Positions 18,384 to 27,892 are shown, counted from the first letter of the stretch. The stretch is 64,000 nt of DNA from an uncultured Pseudomonadota bacterium (GCA_902826775.1 CADEHE010000006.1:37238-101237); one strand, 5' to 3'. Notes: generated by a model not told the origin, from the letters alone. Translations and numbers: made by a program.

Positions 18384-19286
18384 TTACTTCTTGCCGGCTT
18401 TAGCGCGTTCCTTTGCGGGAGCCTTTGCTGAATCGGCTTGCGGCACGCGCTTCGGCGGTTTGCGTTGAGATGCACTCGCGCCGGATTGCGGCTCGGCCGG
18501 CACGCGCGCCCCCGATTTCGCCAAGCTGGCGCGCAGCGCCTGCATCAAGTCGATCACTTGCGCTCCGCCGCTTTCGGGTTCCGCACTGGTGGCCACTTCC
18601 TGGCCTGCGATCTTGCGCTGCACTGCTGCCTCGATGCGCTGCTTTACCGCGTCTTCGTAGGCGTTGGGATCAAACGATTCGGCCGCGTGCTGTTCGATGA
18701 GCTGCACCGCCAAATTCAGTTCGGCGCTCTTAACGTCCGCCTTTTCGACCTCGATTTCCGCCAGTTTGCGCACTTCGTCCGCGTACAAAAGCTGCTGCAG
18801 TACCAAACCACCTTCGACCGGTCGCAGCTGCACGACGTACTGCTTGCCGCGTGACGCCCAGCGCCCCAGCGCACAGCGTCCTGTCGCGCGCATGCCTTCG
18901 GTGAGCAGCGCATAAGGCCGCGCGCCGCCTTTGTCCGGTGCGAGGTAATACGCTTTGTCGTAATAGATTGGATCGATCGACGCCGCCGGCACAAACGCAG
19001 TGATCTCTACCGTGTGCGAGCCCTTTTCTTCCAACTCTTTCAACTCCTCCGGGGCGAAGATCACGTATTGGTCTTTGGCGAACTCATAGCCTTTGACCAT
19101 ATCGGCGCGCTCGACGACGACGCCCTCTTTCGCGCACAGGTATTGCTGTTTGAGGCGAGAGCCGCAGCCCTTGTGCAATAAGTTGAATGAGACGCCGGCG
19201 GAGGCTTGCGTGGCGGAATAGAGCTTGACCGGAATCGATACCAAACCGAACGAAACGGTGACGGAAGCAATGGAGCGCGCAGCCAT
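18384..19286 (-). CDS. ku: Non-homologous end-joining protein Ku
   Basis: 300 aa. SFGLVSIPVKLYSAT... core and a Lys/Ala-rich basic C-terminal tail. Confidence 0.95.
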   Translation of the reverse strand: MAARSIASVTVSFGLVSIPVKLYSATQASAGVSFNLLHKGCGSRLKQQYLCAKEGVVVERADMVKGYEFAKDQYVIFAPEELKELEEKGSHTVEITAFVPAASIDPIYYDKAYYLAPDKGGARPYALLTEGMRATGRCALGRWASRGKQYVVQLRPVEGGLVLQQLLYADEVRKLAEIEVEKADVKSAELNLAVQLIEQHAAESFDPNAYEDAVKQRIEAAVQRKIAGQEVATSAEPESGGAQVIDLMQALRASLAKSGARVPAEPQSGASASQRKPPKRVPQADSAKAPAKERAKAGKK

Positions 19287-19852
19287 AGGCTAGAAACTCG
19301 CTGTCTAGGGCCCTATAGCATATATGGGGGCGGCAGTATGCTCAAGTCTGCGGTAGCCAACTCGTATTCGCCTCCTGGCGGGCGATGCAAATAGGGCACG
19401 CTCACCAGAAGTCTTTGCCCTGGCGCGTTCTGCTGAAACGCGTCGTCCAAAGTCGACCCAAAGTGTTCCTTGCGCGTGAAAGTCTGAACTCGCGGAACGC
19501 CGCGTTAGTTGACGTTAGAATTCTGCGACAAAGTCGGCACGCGATTTGTGGTGCCGACGTTCGCGCGAGCGAGCAAGGATCGCCTAAACCCGACTTCCGA
19601 GCTTAACCCAGCGTCACTTTTCTGCAGTTCGCCAGCGAACCTGGGAAAGAGCAAAGATACGAAGCGTGCGCTTCAAGACAGACGCACCGACTGCATGGTG
19701 TGCGGCGCATGGCCGTCGCTCAAATTATGAAAGCCAGGACGCTAACGGGCGTAATGTCTCCCGCAACCGAGCCCCGCCACACAGGTTGGCGGAGGTTTGA
19801 CTATGCTCCTGTCCACGCGCTAAATTGAGCCGCCGCGACATCGGAGAAAGTT

Positions 19853-20245
19853 GTGTCTTCGCTTAAGTTCATCGACAAGATACCTGGCCATGCTGAAGCG
19901 CCAGCGTGGATTCTTCAGGTGATGGAATCCACATTGACCGCGCGCGAGATTCTGCGTCGGCGCGTCTATGAAGAGGTGTTGCGCTTTAATGCGCAGCCGA
20001 ACACGGTCTTCCAAGGCTTGATGCAGCCAACCGACACCGAGCGTGTGTTAAATGGCTACAAAATGCGCGAACGACGCCCGCTAGTTTGGCAAGAGCAACT
20101 CGCTCAAGCGGTGCAAGCGTTTGAGCGGCGGGGGTTCCTACTAATTGTTGGCGACCGTCAGGTAGAAAACCTGGACGAAGAACTCACTGTTGCCGCCGAA
20201 ACAGAGGTGACGTTTCTCAAGCTCGTGCCGCTCGTCGGCGGGTAG
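19853..20245 (+). CDS. Hypothetical 130-aa protein ending in ...PLVGG-stop (possible ThiS/MoaD/ubiquitin-like beta-grasp)
   Basis: GTG start 5 nt after GGAGAAA. The C-terminus GFLLIVGDRQVENLDEELTVAAETEVTFLKLVPLVGG is followed by TAG, which directly abuts the ATG of the next gene. GC-rich third positions are consistent with coding. Confidence 0.65.
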   Translation: MSSLKFIDKIPGHAEAPAWILQVMESTLTAREILRRRVYEEVLRFNAQPNTVFQGLMQPTDTERVLNGYKMRERRPLVWQEQLAQAVQAFERRGFLLIVGDRQVENLDEELTVAAETEVTFLKLVPLVGG

Positions 20246-22747
20246 ATGGGCTGGCTCGAGAAGTTGCGCGGCGCGCTGGGCGGCAAAGCCGCTCAGGTTA
20301 CCGAAGATCTTGAAATCAAGGAGCTCGTTCACTCTTATCTGGTCGATCCGGTCGGCGGGGATCAATGGAAGATCGACGTCCGCGCCGTGCGCGCTGGAGC
20401 AGTAATACTGGACTTGCCAGTGGAGCGCGCGAGTGCCGTCATACGCAGTGTGCTGCTCGGCGAGATCTATAACCCCGCCGGCCAACAAGACTGGCTCAGA
20501 CGCAACCGCAGCGAGAAATTGATTTCTGACCTCAGCCGGCGTGCCCTGCAGCTCACGCTGGAGGAAGCGCAGGTGCTGTTGGCCCTGCATGCCGAGGTCC
20601 AGAAACAAACGGACTGGCCGCGTTTCCCCGCATTGCCCAAGGCGATTGCGCGTAGCGCCCAAGACGGTGGCTGGACGGATGCGATCCGTCCGAGCTTTTC
20701 TCAGGTGCGGGAAGCCTTGCTTACCTCCAGATGGGCACAGTACGCGCAAGTGCGCAAGGCCGTCAAAGAGATCGAACTGCTGATCACTGGCGCCGCAAAG
20801 ATTTGCAGTATCGAGTCTGACGCGTGGGGCGACAAGGCGCGTGCCACCCTCGATGTAATGGATGCCGCCACGCGCGAGCGTTGGCAAGCAGTACTCAACT
20901 ACTGCGTCAGCGCTAAGGGCTCGGCCCCCAGTGGCAAGTGGCTCAAAGCAGGTGATGCCGTCGTCGAACAGTTCGGCAAATCCGCTTTCGCCGAACACGC
21001 CTACGCCTGGCTCGACTTGCTGCAAGAGCCGGCGCCAAAACGCGATGATCCTCAAGCGCGCCGGTGGCTGCTGAGCGAATCCAACGGCGATTTGCTCAAG
21101 GGCTTGGTCTGGCTGCTTGTACAAGTACCGGAGGTTGGCAGTGCTGCGGCATTGAGAAACGCGGCCATCGCCGCCTTTCGCAAGATTCCAAACTATGGCG
21201 CGCGCAGCGTCAAAGCCGGCAATGCCTGCCTGCAGGCATTGAAGCTTTTCCCGGGCTTGATCGGCGCCCGCGAGCTCGCGGTGCTGCAAGCCACGTTGAA
21301 GTTGCCCAGTCAAGCTGCGGCGGTAGCCAAAGCATTGACCGAATGCGCCAAGCGCCTGAACTTGAGCCTGGCGGAGATCGACGAACTCGCCACCTCCGAC
21401 CACGGCTTTGCTGACGGGAGGCGCATCCTGCAGTTCGGCGAGTTCAGTGCAGAGCTACGCATCGAGAGCGATGCAGTGCTCGTGGACTGGCGCGATACGG
21501 ACGGCAAGGCGCGCAAGGCCGAGCCAAAACAAGTGAAGAGCGAGTTCGCCGAACCGCGCAAAGCAATGAAACGCTTGATCGCAGACGTCGAGAAGACGCT
21601 GGCCGCCGTGCGCCATCGGCTGGAGCGCTTGCCCCTCGAAACGCGTGAATGGCCGGTCGACACTTGGCAGGAGCGCTACTGCAACCACGCGATCGTCGGC
21701 CCGCTCACCCGTCGGCTCATTTGGCGCTTTCGTGGTGAGAGCGAAAAGGCAGCGCTTTGGCTCGACGGTTGCTGGCGCGATGAATTGGGTGAGCCGGTAG
21801 ACATTGCGGGTACCGCCGTACTGCCATGGCATCCGGTGTTTGCTAGCGCGCAGAGCGTACGCAACTGGCGCGCTGTGCTGTCCAAACACGAAGTCGTGCA
21901 GCCGTTCAAACAGGCACACCGAGAAATCTACTTACTTACCGACGCCGAGCGAAATACCCGAACTTACTCGAATCGGTTTGCTGCCCACGTGTTGCGACAG
22001 CATCAGTTCGCCAGTTTGTGTCTAGCGCGCGGTTGGCGGTATCGGCTGCAGGGCGTTTTCGACTCCCATAACACACCTGTACTTAGATTGCCCCATTGGA
22101 ATCTGGAAGCGGAATTCTGGGTTGACGCCGCGGGCGGTAATCCGGATGCCGGTGCTAGCGCTTCAGGCATCTGGCTTCACGTGATGACCGATCAGGTGCG
22201 GTTTCGGCCGATGCCACGCGAAGGTGCCTCAGCCCTGGAAGCCACTGAAGCGCTTGCGCTCGAGGACGTGCCGCCGATCGTACTGTCCGAAGTCATGCGC
22301 GATGTTGATCTGTTCGTTGGGGTAACCAGCGTGGGCAACGATCCGACCTGGAATGACGGTGGGCCTGACGGTCGCTTCCGACAATACTGGCATGACTACT
22401 CTTTCGGCGCGTTGTCGATCGCGGCAGAAAACCGTGTGCAAATCATTGAGGAGCTGCTGCCGCGCTTGACACTGCGCGATTGTGCTCGCATCGACGGCAA
22501 ATTCCTCGTGGTGCGAGGCCGTCTTCGCACCTACAAGATCCACATCGGCAGCGGCAACATCTTGATGGAGCCGAATGATCAGTACCTCTGCATCGTGGCG
22601 GACCGTTCGCCGCGGCAACCTGATGCGAAGTTGCCATTTGAGGGGGATGGCACGCTTGCGCTGATCCTTTCCAAGGCGTTTCTACTGGCGCGCGACGATC
22701 AAATCCAAGATGCAAGTATTACTCGGCAGATCGGCGTCGGACTGTAA
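20246..22747 (+). CDS. DUF4132 domain protein (MolR/YehI-like) with helical N-terminal half
   Basis: 833 aa. Recognised DUF4132 block (VDWRDTDGKARKAEPKQVK...RLERLPLETREWPVDTWQERYCNHAIVGPLTRRLIWRF...QPFKQAHREIY) and a conserved C-terminal block (RTYKIHIGSGNILMEPNDQYLCIV...LILSKAFLLARDDQI). Confidence 0.88.
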   Translation: MGWLEKLRGALGGKAAQVTEDLEIKELVHSYLVDPVGGDQWKIDVRAVRAGAVILDLPVERASAVIRSVLLGEIYNPAGQQDWLRRNRSEKLISDLSRRALQLTLEEAQVLLALHAEVQKQTDWPRFPALPKAIARSAQDGGWTDAIRPSFSQVREALLTSRWAQYAQVRKAVKEIELLITGAAKICSIESDAWGDKARATLDVMDAATRERWQAVLNYCVSAKGSAPSGKWLKAGDAVVEQFGKSAFAEHAYAWLDLLQEPAPKRDDPQARRWLLSESNGDLLKGLVWLLVQVPEVGSAAALRNAAIAAFRKIPNYGARSVKAGNACLQALKLFPGLIGARELAVLQATLKLPSQAAAVAKALTECAKRLNLSLAEIDELATSDHGFADGRRILQFGEFSAELRIESDAVLVDWRDTDGKARKAEPKQVKSEFAEPRKAMKRLIADVEKTLAAVRHRLERLPLETREWPVDTWQERYCNHAIVGPLTRRLIWRFRGESEKAALWLDGCWRDELGEPVDIAGTAVLPWHPVFASAQSVRNWRAVLSKHEVVQPFKQAHREIYLLTDAERNTRTYSNRFAAHVLRQHQFASLCLARGWRYRLQGVFDSHNTPVLRLPHWNLEAEFWVDAAGGNPDAGASASGIWLHVMTDQVRFRPMPREGASALEATEALALEDVPPIVLSEVMRDVDLFVGVTSVGNDPTWNDGGPDGRFRQYWHDYSFGALSIAAENRVQIIEELLPRLTLRDCARIDGKFLVVRGRLRTYKIHIGSGNILMEPNDQYLCIVADRSPRQPDAKLPFEGDGTLALILSKAFLLARDDQIQDASITRQIGVGL

Positions 22748-22893
22748 TGCGCTAGAGGCAAGACTGGTTTGGCGGCGACGAAAATCGCTAGACCGCTGAC
22801 TCGAAAACGAGATCGACATTCGCACGATCCAACCACCGCCGTTGGCTTTAGGGTGGTCAACCCATGCACTCATTGTGCTTTGGGAACAACTGC

Positions 22894-22940
22894 GCAAACG
22901 GCCGGTGTCTTGTGCAAACGGCCTGCAAACGGCCGGTGTC
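22894..22940. repeat. Direct repeats GCAAACGGCCGGTGTC / GCAAACGGCC / GCAAACGGCCGGTGTC
   Basis: Read directly from the sequence at 22894-22909, 22914-23 and 22925-40, in the spacer between convergent genes. Confidence 0.6.
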
Positions 22941-23198
22941 AGGTCTTGCACTGCAACATATTGCCAGAAATGGGGCCTGCTAGTCAGCAATACACCTGAG
23001 GCAAACGTCAGCTTTGGGCGCGGGATTAATGTCAGCTTTTTTCTTCTCTGGCAGCGACTCGCTGGTATTTTCCGGAAGGTACACAATCAGCGGATTTTGT
23101 AGGCGGCCGGCCACGGACGGAACGGCAGCAATTGGCCGAAAACGAACGTCTGCAACTGCGGAGAGGCTGAAGCACCGTAGGCAGTCGCCGTGAGCGGT

Positions 23199-24593
23199 CT
23201 ATATAACAGGGGGTAGTCGGATCGGCTCGACGCTCTCAACCGCTCGCGCCGCTCGCAACACTTTAGCGTCCTGAAACCTTGCGCCGACAAGCTGCATCGC
23301 GACTGGCAAGCCGTCGCCCGCAAAACCGCACGGCACTGTGGCGGCCGGCTGCTGCGTGAGATTGAATGGATAGGTAAACGGCGACCATTGCCACCAGCGT
23401 GTGAGGGCACTATCTGGCGGCACTTCGTGAGTGACTGCGAACGCGGTCGTCGCCAGTTGCGGCGTAACGAGCAAATCGTAAGTCTGATGTAGCAAATTCA
23501 TGCGCCGCGCCAGCGTTTCGCGCTGGCGTTCGAGTGCCCGGTACTGCAAGGCCGAAATAGCGAATCCGGGTTGCGCCAGTTCTAGCATCGCTGGTTCGGC
23601 GAGAGCGCGCTGCTGCGCCGTCATTGGCTCTACCGCCATCGCCAGTGCGACCGCCCAGAGCGGCTGCATGATGGCAATAGGATCTTCCAGCACTAAATCG
23701 ATTTCTTCGACGTGCGCGCCGAGTTGCTCCAGCTTCGCAACGCCATGATCGACCAATGCGGCAACCTTCGCGTCGACCTTGGCGTAGCCCAGCGTGCGGC
23801 TATAAGCGATGCGCATGCCGCGGATGCCATCTTCCAAGCCATCGCGAAAGTCGATGCCGAGCGGCGGTGCAGCGTAGAAGTCGCGCACATCGGGCTGCGA
23901 GATTACGGTGAGCATGAGCGCGGCGTCATGCACGGTGCGCGAGATCGGGCCTTGGTGCCATAAGGTCCACGGCGGCGGATGCGGGTGCACGGGAACCAGC
24001 CCGAAAGTCGGTTTGAAACCGAACATTCCACAAAAGCCTGCGGGAATGCGGATCGAGCCACCGCCGTCGGTGGCGATGTGCATCACGCCCATGCCCAGCG
24101 CTGCCGCTACTGCTGCGCCGCCGCTGCTGCCTCCCGGGGTCATCTCTGGATTCCACGGGTTGCGTGTGATGCCGGTGAGCCGGCTATCGGTGACGCCTTT
24201 CCAGCCGAACTCCGGCGTGCACGTTTTGCCGAGAATGACCGCGCCGTGCTCGCGCATGCGCGCCACCGAAGCGCTGTCTTCATCCCAGGCTTGGTCAGGA
24301 TTGACGGTGAGCGATCCGCGCCGCGTGGGCCAGCCTTTGCACAACAAAAGGTCTTTCACCGTGGTCGGCAACCCATCGACCAATCCTTTTGGTTCGCCGC
24401 GCATCCAGCGCTGTTCGGATTCGGCCGCTGCTTGCAGCGCTTCCTTGGCACCGACGACAACGAATGCGTTATAGATCGGTTGCAGTTTTTCTATGCGCGC
24501 GAGGGCGGCACGCGTGACTTCGACCGGTGACAGAGTTTTGGCGCGGTAATGCTCAATGAGCTGTTGCGCGGAAAAGCCGAGAATGTCCGACAT
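23199..24593 (-). CDS. Amidase (amidase-signature family)
   Basis: 464 aa. GGSSGGAAVAAALGMG signature, a conserved Lys in TVKDLL, and the Ser-cisSer-Lys family pattern. Confidence 0.92.
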   Translation of the reverse strand: MSDILGFSAQQLIEHYRAKTLSPVEVTRAALARIEKLQPIYNAFVVVGAKEALQAAAESEQRWMRGEPKGLVDGLPTTVKDLLLCKGWPTRRGSLTVNPDQAWDEDSASVARMREHGAVILGKTCTPEFGWKGVTDSRLTGITRNPWNPEMTPGGSSGGAAVAAALGMGVMHIATDGGGSIRIPAGFCGMFGFKPTFGLVPVHPHPPPWTLWHQGPISRTVHDAALMLTVISQPDVRDFYAAPPLGIDFRDGLEDGIRGMRIAYSRTLGYAKVDAKVAALVDHGVAKLEQLGAHVEEIDLVLEDPIAIMQPLWAVALAMAVEPMTAQQRALAEPAMLELAQPGFAISALQYRALERQRETLARRMNLLHQTYDLLVTPQLATTAFAVTHEVPPDSALTRWWQWSPFTYPFNLTQQPAATVPCGFAGDGLPVAMQLVGARFQDAKVLRAARAVESVEPIRLPPVI

Positions 24594-24723
24594 GTCGTTT
24601 AGCGTGTAAACGTAGGCAAAAAGGTACTTCGAATCTTACTGAGGTGCGCAAGTGCGCCGCTCCATGGAGCAGGCTGCGCACAAACTCAAAATAACAACGA
24701 AAGTCTAGAAAACGTTGGAAGCT

Positions 24724-24749
24724 CGGGCAGCCGCTGGCGCGACTGCCCG
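24724..24749 (-). terminator. Hairpin downstream of the large molybdoenzyme subunit
   Basis: CGGGCAG-N12-CTGCCCG 17 nt beyond the stop at 24766. T-rich runs on both sides are weak. Confidence 0.4.
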
Positions 24750-24765
24750 ATTACTCTTTTGAGGA

Positions 24766-27228
24766 TTACGCCGTCTTCTTATTCATTGCGCCCAATACGG
24801 CTTCGGCAGTGATCGGCATATGCCGTACCCGCGCGCCGACGGCGCGAAAGATTGCATTGGCCACCGCCGGTGCGACCACCGTCGAAGCGGGCTCACCGAC
24901 GCCCACCGGATGCCGCCCCGATTCGATCAAGTGGATATCGAACTGAGGTACATCCACTTGCCGGATCGGTTGGTACTCGTGGAAGTTGGTCTGCTCGATG
25001 GCACCATTCTTATAGGTGAGACGTTCCGACATCACCTGGCTCGCACCCCACAACGCCGAGCCCATGATCTGAGCTTTGATGTTGTTCGGGTTGATCGCGA
25101 GGCCCATGTCCATTGCGATAGTGAGTTTATTGACGCGGTACTTGCCGCTCGACGGATCGACCGTGACTTCGGCAATCCCTGCCACCCAGGTCGGGCTTTG
25201 CCGCTCTTCGGCGGAGGAGAGCGCCACACCCATCGCCGTATTTGGCGGCAGCTTCTTGCCCCAGCCAGCTTTTTCAGCCGCAACTTTCAAGCAGTTCGCC
25301 AAACGCAATGCGCCGCCCACCGTGCCGGATTCATACTTTGGCCAAGTGTCGGGATTGGGCCACGGCAACGAAATCCAAAGCTGGTCCATGTAGTAATCCG
25401 ACGGCGTGCCGGCCGGATAGCCGGTGTTGGGGATGCCGCGATTGCCGCCTTTGCCGTTCAGCATCGCCAAACGGAACTCGACCGGGTCTTTGCCCGCCGC
25501 GTGTGCCACCTCGTCCATAAACGACTCGACCACGAACATGTTGTACGAGTTTGACACCGTGCGCAGCGCGCTGGCTTGCACCGACCACGTGGTCTTGTCG
25601 CTGTTCCATGCACGCACCCGGTGATTCGGCACGTGATACCAGTGATCGCTGCCACCGATCGACCATTGATCGATGTCGGCTTTCTTGCCGTCGACCGAAT
25701 CCAGCTGCAGCCAATCAGTGCCGTTGTTGAATTGCTTGCCGACGGCGAAGCGCGGCCCCATCCAGCCGCATACGATGTCGTGATTCATCGCCGTCAGCTG
25801 GCCGTTCTTCACGCCAGCTTTGAGTTTGTGCAGCGTCGGCGTGCGTGGGAATGAGGTGGCGAACTGCGACTCGCGCGTTTGGATGAATTTCACCGGTCGA
25901 CCCAGTTCTTTCACGCAGTACGCGGCAGCCAAAGCGTCGTCGTAGTCTTGCTTGCCGCCGAAGCCGCCGCCGACCAAGTACTGATGCACGTAGACTTTCA
26001 GCTCTTCCGGTTTTTTGTTGAGCACCTTGGCCAAGTAGCCGGTCAGTGTCATACGCAGGAACGAAGTGCTTTGCGTGCCGATGTGCACATGCCAGCTATC
26101 GTCGGAGGCGTGCTGCACCACGCAGTTGATCGGCTCCATGGTCGCGTGGCACACCATGTCGCTGGTGTACTGCGCTTCGAGCTGTTTCTCTGATGCCGGC
26201 ATCGCCGCATCGACATCGCCTTCCAGTACCCATGCCGCACTTTCTTCTGGGCGTTTCAAGCGTTCGGAAAAATCTTCCATGATGCCGTCGAGGCTGAGGC
26301 TGCCATGCGGGCCCGGATCGGAGGTGATCTTCAACGCTCTTGCGGCTTTGACGGCGGCGGGATAGGTCTCGGCAAGTGCTACTACCCAGCCGGTGCACTT
26401 GCCGATCGAGTCGTCGATCGTCACCGATTTCAAGTAGCCCGGAATCGACTTCGCGGCGCTGTCGTCGACGCTCTGCACTTTGGCACCGTAACGCGAGCGC
26501 GGTATCGCCAGCGCGCCGTAGGCCATGCCCGGCAGGAACACATCCATGCCGTACTTCGCTTGGCCGTTGGTTTTTGCGGGGATGTCGAGTGCCGGCACGG
26601 ACTTGCCGATGATTTTGTACTTGCTGCGGTCTTTCAGTTTTACTTGTTTGAAGTCGTTCGGGTAGGAGAACTTACGGTCGAGTTTTACTTTTTGCAGAAT
26701 CTCGCCGTAGCTGACCGACTTGCCCGAAGCCTTGTCGATGACGCGGCCTTCCGCAGCATGGCAGTTGGCCATTTGTGCGCCGAGCAACTTGCAACCGGCT
26801 TCGGTCAATGCGATGCGTCCGAGCGCGCCAGCACGCGCGATGCGGTCAAATTCGGTGGTTACGCTGCCGCTATTGACGGTGTAAGCCAGACCGTAAACAG
26901 CGAAGTCCTCGACGCTCTCGAGCGGCATGTCCAGGCGCACTTTGCTCCATGGTACTTCCAATTCTTCGGCAATGATTTGCGCGAAAGCGGTGCCGATGTG
27001 CTGGCCCATTTCCGCTTTGACGATGTGCATCGTCGTGGTGCCGTCCGGCGTCATGGTGAACCAGATCGACGGCGTGAAGGCGGCGGTGGCAGGCTCGGCG
27101 GCGGCAGCGGCCGCACCGCTCATCAAAGCCGGCGGCACACCGATGCTTAAGAATGCGCCGCCCGAAAGCGCGGCGGAGCGCACCAAAAACTCGCGTCGTG
27201 AGACGTTGGGCAAGTTGTCTTTAGCCAT
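24766..27228 (-). CDS. Molybdopterin-binding large subunit, second IorB-like paralogue, with Tat signal
   Basis: 820 aa. SRREFLVRSAALSGGAF twin-arginine signal. GGGFGGK motif. Overlaps the small-subunit gene by 8 nt. Confidence 0.92.
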   Translation of the reverse strand: MAKDNLPNVSRREFLVRSAALSGGAFLSIGVPPALMSGAAAAAAEPATAAFTPSIWFTMTPDGTTTMHIVKAEMGQHIGTAFAQIIAEELEVPWSKVRLDMPLESVEDFAVYGLAYTVNSGSVTTEFDRIARAGALGRIALTEAGCKLLGAQMANCHAAEGRVIDKASGKSVSYGEILQKVKLDRKFSYPNDFKQVKLKDRSKYKIIGKSVPALDIPAKTNGQAKYGMDVFLPGMAYGALAIPRSRYGAKVQSVDDSAAKSIPGYLKSVTIDDSIGKCTGWVVALAETYPAAVKAARALKITSDPGPHGSLSLDGIMEDFSERLKRPEESAAWVLEGDVDAAMPASEKQLEAQYTSDMVCHATMEPINCVVQHASDDSWHVHIGTQSTSFLRMTLTGYLAKVLNKKPEELKVYVHQYLVGGGFGGKQDYDDALAAAYCVKELGRPVKFIQTRESQFATSFPRTPTLHKLKAGVKNGQLTAMNHDIVCGWMGPRFAVGKQFNNGTDWLQLDSVDGKKADIDQWSIGGSDHWYHVPNHRVRAWNSDKTTWSVQASALRTVSNSYNMFVVESFMDEVAHAAGKDPVEFRLAMLNGKGGNRGIPNTGYPAGTPSDYYMDQLWISLPWPNPDTWPKYESGTVGGALRLANCLKVAAEKAGWGKKLPPNTAMGVALSSAEERQSPTWVAGIAEVTVDPSSGKYRVNKLTIAMDMGLAINPNNIKAQIMGSALWGASQVMSERLTYKNGAIEQTNFHEYQPIRQVDVPQFDIHLIESGRHPVGVGEPASTVVAPAVANAIFRAVGARVRHMPITAEAVLGAMNKKTA

Positions 27229-27691
27229 GGTTCGTCTCCTTCATCATCTGCACGGCGCGCTTGACGGCGCCGACGATGCGCGGATAGGTGGCACAGCGGC
27301 ATAAGTTGCCGTTCATGCCTTCGATGATGTCTTTGTCGGTCGGGTTGGGGTTCTGCGCCAGCAGCGCAGCGGCTTGCATGATTTGGCCGGACTGACAGTA
27401 GCCGCACTGCGGCACTTGGATCTCGACCCAAGCCTTTTGCACTGGGTGCGCACCTGCCTGGTGCAATCCTTCGATGGTCGTGATGGCGGCCGCACCGACA
27501 TCGCCCACATTGATTTGGCAGGATCGCACTGCTTGTCCATTCAGGTGCACGGTGCAAGAGCCGCACAGACCGAGGCCGCAGCCGTAGCGTGTGCCGGTCA
27601 AGCGCAGTTCTTCGCGTAGTACCCAGAGCAGCGGTGTATCGGGCGGGGCGTCAGAGAGGAGGCTCTGACCATTGACTTTCAGGTTGATCAT
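27221..27691 (-). CDS. (2Fe-2S)-binding small subunit, second IorA-like paralogue
   Basis: 156 aa. GCGLGLCGSCTV and [11 protein letters not shown]...NLCRCATY. Confidence 0.92.
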   Translation of the reverse strand: MINLKVNGQSLLSDAPPDTPLLWVLREELRLTGTRYGCGLGLCGSCTVHLNGQAVRSCQINVGDVGAAAITTIEGLHQAGAHPVQKAWVEIQVPQCGYCQSGQIMQAAALLAQNPNPTDKDIIEGMNGNLCRCATYPRIVGAVKRAVQMMKETNHG

Positions 27692-27892
27692 GCCGAGTTC
27701 TCCTTAAAGTGGCGGGGAAGTGCCACTCGCAGTATGCGCTCGAATCGCGACGTTCGGCAACGGCGAAAGTAAGATTTTCGCGCGCGAGTAGAATCACACT
27801 TTTTCCACCGTGCTCGAACCTTAGCCGCAGACTGCTTGCGGCGCGGCCACTTGAGTGCTGTGCATACAAGAACTAACCAGGACGGAGTCAGC

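Noticed and set aside
20141-21403. Long antisense or alternative-frame ORFs: 20141-21403 (420 aa), 48135-49601 (488 aa), 28102-29061 and 28469-29440 (~320 aa each), 26305-27150, 11136-11915, 40730-41440, 3234-3941, 49917-50726
   Set aside because: All lie within or opposite ORFs that have clear family signatures. Their translations are Arg/Ala/Gly/His-rich with no motifs, which is typical of shadow ORFs in high-GC DNA.
22682-23086. 134-aa minus-strand ORF in the convergent spacer
   Set aside because: It overlaps the 3' end of the DUF4132 gene, has Cys/Arg/Phe-rich odd composition and has no RBS. It is more likely non-coding.
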